Shown: positions 50,888-60,461 of the stretch, piece by piece | How positions within the stretch are numbered: the first letter of the stretch is position 1 | Layout: each line of letters begins with the position of its first letter | Source: an uncultured bacterium | Lineage (GTDB): Bacteria; Eisenbacteria; RBG-16-71-46; CAIMUX01 | Direction: 5' to 3' | Assembly: GCA_964636385.1 (NCBI GenBank) | Contig: CAZWSC010000096.1 | Span: 3,593-67,592, forward strand | Length of the DNA: 64,000 nucleotides | Notes under the pieces: generated by a model | Databases searched by the model: none | Seen by the model: the letters and a program-made list of their open reading frames with translations, nothing else | What the model was told of the DNA's origin: nothing | Translations under genes and position numbers: made by a program

Positions 50888-51283
50888 TCACGGAGCTTTC
50901 CAGACCGGCTGATCGTCTTCGTCAAGCATCCACAGGCGCGGACCGACATCGAATACTCCCAGGCCGACCCTGGTTCTCCGGCCGCTGTCGTTCAGCACGA
51001 GGCCGGGGCCGAACTCCGAGACATCCATGTCCAATCTCAGGTTGCCCACCGTGTCGTACATGAGCAGGCGGGCTCCGCTGTCCGTCGCGCCGAGGGTCGC
51101 GCGGACCAGGCCGTCCTCGTCCACGATGACGAGTCGCCGGCCCCGCAGTTCTTCCAGGGCTTCCGGCCGTGACGCCTGTCCCATGAGGACGACGGCCGCG
51201 GCGATCAGAAGCGCGGCCAGCCCTGCCAGCTTCATGCTCCTGTTCTGGCGTTCAAGCTTCGCCATCCGATCTTCGAGTGTCAT
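50888..51283 (-). CDS. Hypothetical small membrane-anchored protein
   Basis: 131 aa. N-terminal coiled-coil-like LEDRMAKLERQNRSMK, one TM helix LAGLAALLIAAAVVLMG, then a beta-rich C-terminal domain. No family recognised. Confidence 0.35.
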   Translation of the reverse strand: MTLEDRMAKLERQNRSMKLAGLAALLIAAAVVLMGQASRPEALEELRGRRLVIVDEDGLVRATLGATDSGARLLMYDTVGNLRLDMDVSEFGPGLVLNDSGRRTRVGLGVFDVGPRLWMLDEDDQPVWKAP

Positions 51284-51531
51284 GTCGGGTCGCCCTCCTG
51301 CCTGTCGAGCATTTGCGAAGAGTCTTCCTTGATAACGTGTCCCGGAACCCTTCTCTCATCTCGCCGTCTGCAGTATAGCGGAAAGACGTGTTCGCCTGCA
51401 TCTTCTGCGTGTCAGCGAGGTGTCAGGACAGGCCCGGGAGACAATCCGGGCGGGGCCATGCGTTGCGGGGCGTTGTTCGACGGGCAGATAAGCCGGTTAC
51501 ATCTGTCACCGCGTTCGTGCATAGTCGGCTC

Positions 51532-53007
51532 ATGTTCAGGAACAACGGGATCACCGACAACCGCAGCCGTCTTCTGAGGATCGCTCAGGAGGCGATGCTG
51601 GAGAGGGAACTGCTGCCCAGGTTCTCCACCAGATCCCAGGCTGAAGCCGGCCGGCTACTGTTGCCGGAACTCCTGAACGGAGACGGGCGTCGGGATCTGC
51701 GCCATCTGCTCTGGTCCTCCATCGACAATGACGACTCCCGGGACCTTGACCAGCTGACTGCGGCGGAAGAGCTCGAAGAGGGCGTTGTGAAGATCTATGT
51801 GGCAGTGGCCGACGTAGACGCTCTGGTCTCCCCTGGCTCTGCCGTGGACAGCCATGCCCGTCACAACACAACATCCGTCTACACCCCGCCGACAGTTTTC
51901 CCCATGATTCCCACCGAGCTCTGTTACGACCTCACCTCACTGAATCAGGATGAAGACCGTCCGGCGATGGTGGTCGAGATCCTCATCGGCGGGGACTCAA
52001 GGATGAAGCCGGGGAGCATCTATCCTGCGGTGGTGCGGAACAGGGCCAGGCTGGCTTACGGCGATGTGGGGTCCTGGCTGGCGCAGGAGGGACCGCTGCC
52101 CCCGGCCGCGGCCGGCATTCCAGGTCTGGACGGGAACCTCAGGCTCCAGAGCCTCGCGGCACGCCGCCTGCGGGCGATACGGGAGGAGCAGGGCGCCCTC
52201 GAACTGCAGACTGTCCAGGCCAGGCCCTACTTTCGCGAGAATGACACGCTGGGTGTTTCGCTGGAGAAGACGAATCCGGCTACGGAGCTGATAGAGGATC
52301 TGATGATCGCGGCCAACACCGTGACGGCCCGCTTCCTGCGTTCAAGGAAGCGTCCCTCCCTTCGCCGCGTGGTCAGGGAGCCGGCGCGCTGGGACCGGAT
52401 TGCCGATCTTGCCTCGGAGTATGGCAGTGATCTGCCGTCGAGGCCCGACTCCAGGGCCCTGGCCGGATTTCTGGTGGAACAGAGGGAACGGGATCCCCTG
52501 CGTTTCCCCGATCTCTCACTCTCCGTGATCAAGCTCATCGGCTCGGGGGAGTATGTTGTGGAACTCCCGGGTGAGAAGCCTGTCGGCCACTTCGGACTGG
52601 CCGTGCGCAACTACACGCACTCTACAGCGCCGAACAGGCGTTACCCCGATCTTATCACCCAGCGCCTGCTGAAGTCGGCCCTGGCTGACGAGCGACCTCC
52701 ATATGAAGTCACCGAACTGACGATCCTGGCCCGCCACTGCACGGGAAAGGAGGATGACGCTGACAAGGTCGAGCGGAAGGTGAACAAGGCAGCTGCGGCA
52801 CTTCTCCTGGAATCCCGTATCGGGGAGCGTTTCGATGCCCTGGTCACCGGAGCCGCGGCCAAGGGGACGTGGGTTCGTGTCCTGGATCCTCCAGTGGAAG
52901 GGAAGCTGGTGCGGGGAGCGGACCGCGTGGACGTGGGTGACAGGATAGAGGTGGAGCTGACAGGCACCGATGTGGAGCGGGGGCACATCGACTTCAGGGC
53001 GGTGTGA
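51532..53007 (+). CDS. RNB-domain exoribonuclease (RNase II/R family)
   Basis: In-frame ATG 51532. RNB catalytic motifs SIDNDDSRDLDQL (Asp cluster) and HFGLAVRNYTHSTAPNRRYPDLITQR (cf YTHFTSPIRRYxDLxxHR). C-terminal S1-like segment GKLVRGADRVDVGDRIEVEL. Confidence 0.8.
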   Translation: MFRNNGITDNRSRLLRIAQEAMLERELLPRFSTRSQAEAGRLLLPELLNGDGRRDLRHLLWSSIDNDDSRDLDQLTAAEELEEGVVKIYVAVADVDALVSPGSAVDSHARHNTTSVYTPPTVFPMIPTELCYDLTSLNQDEDRPAMVVEILIGGDSRMKPGSIYPAVVRNRARLAYGDVGSWLAQEGPLPPAAAGIPGLDGNLRLQSLAARRLRAIREEQGALELQTVQARPYFRENDTLGVSLEKTNPATELIEDLMIAANTVTARFLRSRKRPSLRRVVREPARWDRIADLASEYGSDLPSRPDSRALAGFLVEQRERDPLRFPDLSLSVIKLIGSGEYVVELPGEKPVGHFGLAVRNYTHSTAPNRRYPDLITQRLLKSALADERPPYEVTELTILARHCTGKEDDADKVERKVNKAAAALLLESRIGERFDALVTGAAAKGTWVRVLDPPVEGKLVRGADRVDVGDRIEVELTGTDVERGHIDFRAV

Positions 53008-53015
53008 TGCCGGTC

Positions 53016-56000
53016 CTACGCGCGCTGGAACACAACCTCAACCGTCACGATCTCGTGCGCCGCCAGTTCCACGGCGACCTTCCGTGCGGTGTGGGACAAC
53101 CCATTCAGATGATCGAGCGCCTCTCCCCCGCTCCGGCTTGAGTCGACTGCGGTGCTCATACCGCTGCGCTCACGCGTCTCCGCCATATCCGGTCGTATCA
53201 ACTCCTCCAGCCGTTCCTCGAGCAGGTCCAGCCTCCACGCCTCTGCAACCGGCAGTCCTGCGATCAGCGTCTGTCTCTGCGGCCAGTCGGTCTGATTCCA
53301 GATGCGCACGACCAGGGTGTCTCGCTTTGGATGGCGTCGGATGGCGGTGACTGCGACTTCGGGGTTGCTGATTTCCAGCAGCGACCCGCCTTTCGCGGCG
53401 CCCGCCACAACACCCTGCCGGGTCGGCGGAGGACTCAGGAAAGCGCGGCTGCGCCAGCGTAGATCGCCATTGCCCGGGCCATGCGAACCGCCGGCGTGCG
53501 GCAGAAGGGGAGCGAGCGCATAGCGGAAGAGATGCACGCCCTGCAGTTGAGCATCGGGGGTTGCGATTGTCGGTCCGGCATTCGTGTTGCGGCGCGTCGG
53601 GAAGTCGTCGCGGGAGAGCCAGCCGACACAGCGAATCAGCGTCAGCGCCACGCCGGCGCTTCCGTCAGGATTCCGCACAGGCGCGACTTCCGGAAGGCCG
53701 TCGGCGATCAAGGCCAGTCCCATCCCGGATTTGTCGCGCAGAAGGGAGAACTCCTGCTGCGGATATGTGCCGGGATGCGGCTGCGCCCAATCCTCTCCGG
53801 ATGGAGGCGTCATGGGGCGGGCGGCGAGCGTGAACTGCCCGTCGCTGACAAGCTGATCCGTGCTGACCATGCCACAGAAGACTGAGCGAAGACGGTGGTC
53901 GCAGGCACGGTTGTCAAATCTCGTCGTGATCCCGGCGACATCGGTCCCTGCGGTGAGCCGAACTGTGACCTCCACTGGGCAGGCGACGGTGTCGGAAGAG
54001 CGCGCAGTGCGATTGGCATTCAACGCGCGGGGAGGCGCCAGGTCGAAGCGGGCCGTCAGCGAAGCTGCAAGGCCGGTGTCCTCTGTTACAGCGACCGATC
54101 CCGCGATTCCCTCGGCACTGATCGTGAGGCTCTGCGTACATGGCGACCAGTCGTACTCATCGCCCGCATCCTCGGTGTCCTCAAGCCTGTTCAGGCCTGT
54201 CAGGGAGAGACCGCTGCGCTTGTCCAGCAGATCGATGAGGCCGTTCGGGTGGATGGTTATGCGGAGGCATTCGTTCTCAACCGATGCAGTATCCGTATGT
54301 GAGTCCTGTTGGACGCGGACCAGTGCACGGCCGCGAATAGAGTCGCACCCGGTGGGGACAGGTTCGCCCGCAGCTGCGTCCTGATTACGCTTCCCGACCC
54401 CCTCGGTATCCGGGTCTGCGTCTCCGGCAATGACTCCTCCGACAGCCTTTCCACCAACCTCCCCGTCATCCACTGGGCCATCATCCGTCAGCCTGTACAC
54501 AGTGTGTCCGCAGGCCGGAAGATCGCGCGCCAGAAACTGGATCTCCAGGAAGCAGTCGACAAGGTCGTCATCTCGATCATCCTCCGTCCGTACGATGCGA
54601 TCTGCGAAGGTCTCGAGATATCTGTCCAGGAGTTCCCGCTGCGAGCCGGCACACAACTCGCCGCGGTAGTCGATTCCCCAGAAGCGCTGCAGGAAGCGCC
54701 GGGATTTCACAACCCATGGCACCGGACGGCCATCGGCATCCAGGAGTCTCAGGCGGTCAAACATGTATCGCATCGGCTGCAGTATGACGACCCTGTCGAT
54801 AACTTCGGTGCGGCGCCATGGAAGCGGGTTCGCCACGGTGATGATTGTGTCGCGATCGTCGGCATGCGTGGGGCCGAATGCGGGTGTCAGCCGTTCGAGG
54901 GTGCGCGAGATCAGGTGTTCTCCGGTTTCGCAGATTTCCGAGAAGCGCGTTTCCATGTCCCGGTGCACCTGGTCGATCGAGCAGCCGCCGATGCTGTCGT
55001 GCGCATGGTTCTCCAGCAGCCTGCGCCAGAGAAGCTCCACAAGGTCGGTGCGGGCAGGTGCGCCGTGCATGAAGTACGCATAGGCGAGCAGGGGCTCGAG
55101 CTGATGCGAGAGCAGATCCTGGCACCCGGCGTTGGCCTGCTTGAGCGGCATGCGTGATGACCACACACCGGAGAGGATCAATGCTTCCCTCCCGCCGAGC
55201 AGCTCACCTTGCCATGCAGGGAGTTCGGGCAGCGTGGGTCGAAGGGCGGCGAGGTATTCGCCGAAGCTTCCTTGCAGGAACTCCGTCTCCGGGAAGGCCT
55301 CGCGCAGCGCGGAGAGGATGCGGCCGAGTTCCCGCTGGGGGGGATGGTGATCGCATCCGTTGCTCAGCAGCCACACGTCGCCGCGGCTGCGGGTCTGCAT
55401 CTTCCCGAACAGCGAACGTACGCCCTCTACCGCTGCAGCGGGATCGAGCGCCCGCCTGGTGTGCGCGTGCCACAGCTCCGAGTGGCCGAGTGCCGCCGCA
55501 TTCACGTATCCGTCAACCTGGTTCACTGCCAGGACGCGGCTTCCATCGGGCGCCTCCCACCACCACTCAAGTCCCAGGCCTTCAGCTTCGTCTCCGTGAC
55601 CCCGCCAGTAGATGAAGCTGTCGATCCCCGCCCGGCGCAGGATCTGTGGAAGCTGGGCGATGTGTCCGAAGGTGTCAGGCAGGTATCCGACCTTCTGAAC
55701 GCCCCCGAGGCTTTCACCCACGGCGTGCCCGATCTGCAGGTTCCGTACAGTCGCCTCGCCCGACACGAGGAACTCATCCGGGAGCACATACCACGGACCC
55801 AGCACAAGCTTCCCCGATTCCACCAGGGCCCGCACCCTGGCGGTCTGTCCCGGTCTCGCATCAAGGTAGTCGGAGAGAGCCAGAAGCTGCCCGTCGAGGC
55901 AGAACCGGCGCCAGTCGGGATCGTGCTCGAGGAGATCCAGAACCTCGTCGATCGTCTCCAGGAGTTGTACACGGAATCGCGGGAAGGTCAGGTACCACTC

Positions 56001-56054
56001 GCGGTCCCAGTGTGTGTGGGAGACTATGAACGCCTGTCTTGGGTGCCGGGGCAT
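53016..56054 (-). CDS. GH38-family alpha-mannosidase (cytoplasmic)
   Basis: Start at in-frame ATG 56054, because the track's upstream extension would overlap the GH130 gene and is Arg-rich. Classic GH38 N-terminal motif FIVSHTHWDREWYLTF. LPDTFGHIAQLPQILRRAGIDSF (nucleophile-region WxxDxFGHS type). GGMEHxxxxGC-type blocks. No signal peptide. Confidence 0.85.
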   Translation of the reverse strand: MPRHPRQAFIVSHTHWDREWYLTFPRFRVQLLETIDEVLDLLEHDPDWRRFCLDGQLLALSDYLDARPGQTARVRALVESGKLVLGPWYVLPDEFLVSGEATVRNLQIGHAVGESLGGVQKVGYLPDTFGHIAQLPQILRRAGIDSFIYWRGHGDEAEGLGLEWWWEAPDGSRVLAVNQVDGYVNAAALGHSELWHAHTRRALDPAAAVEGVRSLFGKMQTRSRGDVWLLSNGCDHHPPQRELGRILSALREAFPETEFLQGSFGEYLAALRPTLPELPAWQGELLGGREALILSGVWSSRMPLKQANAGCQDLLSHQLEPLLAYAYFMHGAPARTDLVELLWRRLLENHAHDSIGGCSIDQVHRDMETRFSEICETGEHLISRTLERLTPAFGPTHADDRDTIITVANPLPWRRTEVIDRVVILQPMRYMFDRLRLLDADGRPVPWVVKSRRFLQRFWGIDYRGELCAGSQRELLDRYLETFADRIVRTEDDRDDDLVDCFLEIQFLARDLPACGHTVYRLTDDGPVDDGEVGGKAVGGVIAGDADPDTEGVGKRNQDAAAGEPVPTGCDSIRGRALVRVQQDSHTDTASVENECLRITIHPNGLIDLLDKRSGLSLTGLNRLEDTEDAGDEYDWSPCTQSLTISAEGIAGSVAVTEDTGLAASLTARFDLAPPRALNANRTARSSDTVACPVEVTVRLTAGTDVAGITTRFDNRACDHRLRSVFCGMVSTDQLVSDGQFTLAARPMTPPSGEDWAQPHPGTYPQQEFSLLRDKSGMGLALIADGLPEVAPVRNPDGSAGVALTLIRCVGWLSRDDFPTRRNTNAGPTIATPDAQLQGVHLFRYALAPLLPHAGGSHGPGNGDLRWRSRAFLSPPPTRQGVVAGAAKGGSLLEISNPEVAVTAIRRHPKRDTLVVRIWNQTDWPQRQTLIAGLPVAEAWRLDLLEERLEELIRPDMAETRERSGMSTAVDSSRSGGEALDHLNGLSHTARKVAVELAAHEIVTVEVVFQRA

Positions 56055-56158
56055 GGCGGTCTCCGTGTGGATGATCGGCGTCCTCTTCGGGCTCAGCCGA
56101 AGCCCGCGTCCGTGTCGGATCCGGGTCGGGTTCGCGAACTCTTCGTGTCTGAAGCCCC

Positions 56159-57172
56159 TCAGTTGCAGGCGGTGACCAGCTCCTGCACCGTGGCAGTGGC
56201 GGCGCCCACGCAGCTGTCGGCCGCGCCGTAGACGACCTCGATTACGTTGTCGGCCGGGAGGAAGCCATCCGGGTCGTGTTCGCCGCAGATCAGGCCGCTG
56301 GGGAAGACCACATTCGGCACCTGGCCTACCATCTCGTAAAGCTCGCGCGGCTCGAGAATGTTGTCCCGTGTCCGCCCAAGCACGACACCTGGATCGTCGA
56401 GCTTCAAGAGCACGGCGCCCGCCTGGTATATGAACGCGTTCAGATGAGTGGCGACTCCGTGATACAGAAGAAGCCATCCATCAGCTGTCTTCACGGGCGG
56501 CGGACCGGGGCCGATCAGCTCGTCCCAGAAGTGGCGGCGACCGGAGAAGACCGGCCCCTCGCTCTTCCAGCGCACAAGGTCTTCCGAGCTGAGCAACTCA
56601 ATCGCATCGCCGCTTGTCACACCGGTTGTCGAGTGGACAGTGTTCGGCCGCTCCAGCAGGAGATACCTGCCGCCTGTCTTCTCGGGGAACAGAACACCGT
56701 TGCGGACGTCCACATCGCCTGTCACGGACAGAAGCTCGAGGCGGGAGAAGTCGTCGGTTGTGAAGATGCCGACCCGGCAGCCGCTGTTTGTGTCGATGGA
56801 ACATGTGACGAACCAGCGTCCCTCCAGCCTTGTGATCCGCGGATCGTAGATGTGGTGGATCCCGCCGGCCGGCCTTCCCTGGTCCCCGGCTTTCGCGGTT
56901 TGCGGCTCGATGCGGGCACTCTCTCCCAGCCTGTCCAGTCCGCTGATCTGGACAATCCGGGGCTCGACGCTGAACTCCCCGCGGTCGTTGCCGAACGCCC
57001 GCATGAAGATGGTGCGGCGGCCGCGGGTCTGCACACGCAGGAGCAGGAGCGGCTGTTCCGTTTCCAGACGGCAGGCGCCAGGGTTGAATACGCTTGTTGC
57101 GTCGACCAGGCAGGGTGGCACATCCGGGATGTCGTGGCGTGTCAGCAGTGGGCCGTTACGGCGACGGAGCAT
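56159..57172 (-). CDS. GH130-family beta-1,4-mannoside phosphorylase (mannosyl-GlcNAc / mannooligosaccharide phosphorylase-like)
   Basis: 337 aa. GH130 five-bladed-propeller motifs FNPGA, IYDPRITRLEGRWFV, NGVLFPEKTGGRYLLLERP and LLYHGV. No signal peptide. Confidence 0.8.
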   Translation of the reverse strand: MLRRRNGPLLTRHDIPDVPPCLVDATSVFNPGACRLETEQPLLLLRVQTRGRRTIFMRAFGNDRGEFSVEPRIVQISGLDRLGESARIEPQTAKAGDQGRPAGGIHHIYDPRITRLEGRWFVTCSIDTNSGCRVGIFTTDDFSRLELLSVTGDVDVRNGVLFPEKTGGRYLLLERPNTVHSTTGVTSGDAIELLSSEDLVRWKSEGPVFSGRRHFWDELIGPGPPPVKTADGWLLLYHGVATHLNAFIYQAGAVLLKLDDPGVVLGRTRDNILEPRELYEMVGQVPNVVFPSGLICGEHDPDGFLPADNVIEVVYGAADSCVGAATATVQELVTACN

Positions 57173-57217
57173 CTGTCGAAAATCCTTCCCGCAGTCAACA
57201 GTCCGGGCTGATGAGCG

Positions 57218-59146
57218 CTACTCCCGCACAATGCCGTCATCGTCAGGATCCTGTTCCGTTTCGCGGAGACGGGCGAACATCCGGCGCAGATCACGGATGC
57301 CGCCGATGGTGAACCAGACGAGCACGATGCCGGCCATGGTGAACTGCACACCCATGAACCAGCGCCAGAACCGCGTCCAGCTCGCATCATCGACGCTGTG
57401 TGTAAGGTTGTAGATCGTGCCTGTGACGAAGATCGTGAACCAGGCGAATGTCCAGCAGTAGGTGGCTATGTAGAAGATCTTGTCCCGGCGTGAGAACTCG
57501 CGGGTGAACATGAAGATCTTCGCCGCCCGGGAGACGACCCCTTCGCCTTCAACGCGTTCCGATGCGACCTGCCAGCGGCCGCGGTGCAGGAGGCGGTCCA
57601 GGTTGAACTCGTGCCCCGGGCCGAGGAGCGAGACCATGGCATAGACGATGAGCGATGCACCCATCGACAGCGCCCAGAACTGCTGGCCATTGATGGGGAA
57701 TTCGTCGTAAATCTGGTGGGCGACGATTCCCCCGACGGCGATCCCGGATCCGGTCAGCATAGCCGCCCAGGCCGCAGGAGTGGTGCCGCGCTTCCAGTAG
57801 AGCCCGCCGATTATGATCGCCCCGGAGCCGCCGGCGAAGATGGCGCCCGTGATCGCGAAGAAGAGGAAGATGTACTGGTTCTGCTGGAAGAGCAGGGAGA
57901 AGAGAAAGATGAAGAGGGCCACTCCCAGGATCGAGAGCCTCAGCGCACGCAGGTGTGTCTTCTGATCCAGGGGCCTGCTGCCGCGAAGAGGAAGGAGCAC
58001 ATCCTGCACGAAGATCGACCCCCACGAATGCAGGTACGTGTTATGGGTCGAGATGAAGGCGGCCAGCATCACCGCGGCGAAAGCGCCGAGAAGACCATGC
58101 GGGAGGATCTGCACCAGCACAAGGGGGGCGCGCATCTGGCTTCGGATCGCCTCGCGCTCCACTCCGGCCATTTGCAGGTTCACCCCCTCGGCGACTGCCG
58201 CGAAGTCGGGATGGTGGAGGATCGTGTAGATGACAATCGGCACGAAGACAAGGAATAGATTCTGAGGGGCGAACTTCCACATACCCAGGGCTTCGCCGAT
58301 CTTGGCCTCGTGCGCGCTGCTTGCGGAGGCGTTGTACGCCTGGGTGCCCTGCCAGCTCATCTTGCCGTATATGAGGCCCGCGATCCCGATGAGGAAGTAC
58401 CAGAAGTTGAAGTCCTTGACGTGGCTTGTCTTGAAGGGGTTTATCAGAGACGCGTTCTCGGGCGCCATGGCAAGGGCCCCGAATACCTGGTCCCAGGTCA
58501 CGACCTTCCAGATCAGCCAGAAGCACATGAAGACGAACACCACGTTGACAAAGGCGCCCTGGAAGAAGTCGGTCACTATGACCGAGATCTGACCTCCCTT
58601 GAACACGAAGAAGAGGGCGATCAACAGCAGCAACGCCATCAGCAGCGGGTAGACAGGAACAGCAAGCGGGCCGAGGGGGATGTGGGACGGGAACCCGCAG
58701 TAGTGGATGAAGAAGCGGGCGCCGACCGCCGGGAATATGCCGAAGTTGATGATCCCCGAGATCCAGCAGACGGTTCCCGCGAAGATGCGGAAGTTGCGGG
58801 AGTACCTGCGCTCGAAGAACTCGGCGAGGGTCAGGCAGCGGGTCTGCCTGAAACGGTAGATGACCCAGCCGCTGAGTGTGATGACCATGATGACGACGGA
58901 GGTGGTCATCCCCCACCAGGACATCGAGAACCCGGCGATAAAGTTCATCTCGAGGTTGCCGACGATCGTTATCGCGCCGAGCCCTGCAATTCCGCTCGCG
59001 ATGCTGACCAGGTAGCGGCCCGCGCAGCGCCGCGCCGCGAGAAAGTCCGCAACAGATCGTGTACGGCCGCTGCTGCGGATTACGCCCGTCAGAAGGAGGG
59101 CGAGCATGCCCAGGATGATGAGCCAGTCCCAGAGTATGAGGTTCAC
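57218..59146 (-). CDS. Sodium:solute symporter (SSF) family transporter
   Basis: 642 aa, about 13-14 TM helices, SSF-like topology. GTG start. 4-nt overlap with the stop of the downstream CBM9-like gene. Sits between GH130 and CBM9-like genes. Confidence 0.7.
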   Translation of the reverse strand: MNLILWDWLIILGMLALLLTGVIRSSGRTRSVADFLAARRCAGRYLVSIASGIAGLGAITIVGNLEMNFIAGFSMSWWGMTTSVVIMVITLSGWVIYRFRQTRCLTLAEFFERRYSRNFRIFAGTVCWISGIINFGIFPAVGARFFIHYCGFPSHIPLGPLAVPVYPLLMALLLLIALFFVFKGGQISVIVTDFFQGAFVNVVFVFMCFWLIWKVVTWDQVFGALAMAPENASLINPFKTSHVKDFNFWYFLIGIAGLIYGKMSWQGTQAYNASASSAHEAKIGEALGMWKFAPQNLFLVFVPIVIYTILHHPDFAAVAEGVNLQMAGVEREAIRSQMRAPLVLVQILPHGLLGAFAAVMLAAFISTHNTYLHSWGSIFVQDVLLPLRGSRPLDQKTHLRALRLSILGVALFIFLFSLLFQQNQYIFLFFAITGAIFAGGSGAIIIGGLYWKRGTTPAAWAAMLTGSGIAVGGIVAHQIYDEFPINGQQFWALSMGASLIVYAMVSLLGPGHEFNLDRLLHRGRWQVASERVEGEGVVSRAAKIFMFTREFSRRDKIFYIATYCWTFAWFTIFVTGTIYNLTHSVDDASWTRFWRWFMGVQFTMAGIVLVWFTIGGIRDLRRMFARLRETEQDPDDDGIVRE

Positions 59147-60258
59147 GGGCAGGATCCCTCACATGAGAGGCGGCCTTCGTGGTCCACGGACCATCTTGCT
59201 CCGCCTGCCGTGTGCAGTGTCGCGTGAAAGACGTGGGTGCCGGCGTCCATCTCGAGACGAAGCGAGGACAGCTCGCTGCGCACGGCAGGAGGCAGTGTGG
59301 CCAGATGCGCAAGGCCGGCCGCAAACCATCCGTACTCGTCCCGGAAGAGACGCTGTGCGTAGTAGAGCGGCATCAGGAGCCCTGCGCCCGGCCGGGCCAG
59401 GGGGCGCGGGTCGGCTGGCGTGTCTTCCGGATCGCCCATGAACGTCACGAACCCCCACCGCTCCGGCATGTGCATCGCGACAAGGCCTTGTGGTGACCAG
59501 ACCCAGTTGTCCTCGCCGATCCAGCCGCGTCCCTCCACGGGAGTCTTCACGTAGCGGTCATCATCGATGATGTGCTCCCACTGCACGCGCGAGAAGTTGA
59601 TCCGCCATGTGTCGCCCGGCCCGGGAGGGGATGGCCGCGATCCGGCAAGCTCCTTCAGGGCAGCCCAGGGGATCGCGATCTCGACCGTCCACCCGGTGTC
59701 TTCGTCGGATGGGTCGTCCAGTGTGCCGTCTACGTGTACGGCGGTCCGCAGGCCAGCGATGTCCCATCCGTTGATGGCCGGGCCTCCGTCACGGTAGGGC
59801 CGTACGAGGAGGAGGTCCCACTCCGTGCCCAGGGCGTTGATCTCGAGTTCGCCGTAGAGATGGTTGCTGCCGTCGGGGTCGATGAAGACCTCGAAATCGT
59901 TGTCGTGGAAGAGAACGGCATCGCGCTCGGTCAGTGTGCCCCATACGTGCGGCTCCTCCATCTCGGCTGCGATGTACAGGGCGTGCTGATCCCACAGCAT
60001 CCTGGCGCGCGTGCGGTAACGCGGCGTCACGAGGCGCGCCTCGCCTTCGATATCGACGAACTCCTCCGTCCAGGGCGCCAACTCCCAGACGGCATCGTCA
60101 AGACGCCCGTCGATGACCGGCGGTGTGGGAGTGGGCGGGCACTGGTACCAGCGGGGATTCCAGGGCGTGGTGGGATACTCGAAGGCGGAGGCTGTGGAGA
60201 CCGCCGCCGGGAGGAGAAGCAGCGTCACCAGGAGCCTCACCCGGCCTGAAAGCTTCAT
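59143..60258 (-). CDS. Secreted carbohydrate-binding CBM9-like/DOMON-like domain protein
   Basis: ATG 60258 gives signal peptide MKLSGRVRLLVTLLLLPAAVSTASA. Segment TPPVIDGRLDDAVWELAPWTEEFVDIEG matches the start of CBM9-like family 9 carbohydrate-binding modules. No catalytic motif. Confidence 0.5.
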   Translation of the reverse strand: MKLSGRVRLLVTLLLLPAAVSTASAFEYPTTPWNPRWYQCPPTPTPPVIDGRLDDAVWELAPWTEEFVDIEGEARLVTPRYRTRARMLWDQHALYIAAEMEEPHVWGTLTERDAVLFHDNDFEVFIDPDGSNHLYGELEINALGTEWDLLLVRPYRDGGPAINGWDIAGLRTAVHVDGTLDDPSDEDTGWTVEIAIPWAALKELAGSRPSPPGPGDTWRINFSRVQWEHIIDDDRYVKTPVEGRGWIGEDNWVWSPQGLVAMHMPERWGFVTFMGDPEDTPADPRPLARPGAGLLMPLYYAQRLFRDEYGWFAAGLAHLATLPPAVRSELSSLRLEMDAGTHVFHATLHTAGGARWSVDHEGRLSCEGSCP

Positions 60259-60461
60259 CGGGCGTTCCCCGCAGGTTGAGGGTGCATTATGGGTGCCGAT
60301 TGTAGGGGCACGGTTCAGGGGAGGAAAGCAGAACCTGCCGGGAGCCAGTCCGGGGTTGCGGTGCCCCGTTGTCCCACCCACCATGGCCGTGGTCTTCGGG
60401 ATCCGGCGTGTGCCGGGCAACCCGATGGCACATCGGGCAGATTGCTGGAGGCACCCTTAAG

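Noticed and set aside
54309-56231. Plus-strand ORFs of 282 and 340 aa inside the cytoplasmic GH38 gene
   Set aside because: Antisense to a gene with the classic HTHWDREWY motif.
56055-56477. N-terminal extension of the GH38 track ORF overlapping the GH130 gene
   Set aside because: Would overlap GH130 by ~300 nt and is Arg-rich. The conserved GH38 N-terminus begins right after ATG 56054.
58041-59324. 427-aa minus-strand and 305-aa plus-strand ORFs overlapping the SSF transporter 57218-59146
   Set aside because: Alternative frames of a transporter gene. Products are Arg/Pro/Gly-rich without TM periodicity.
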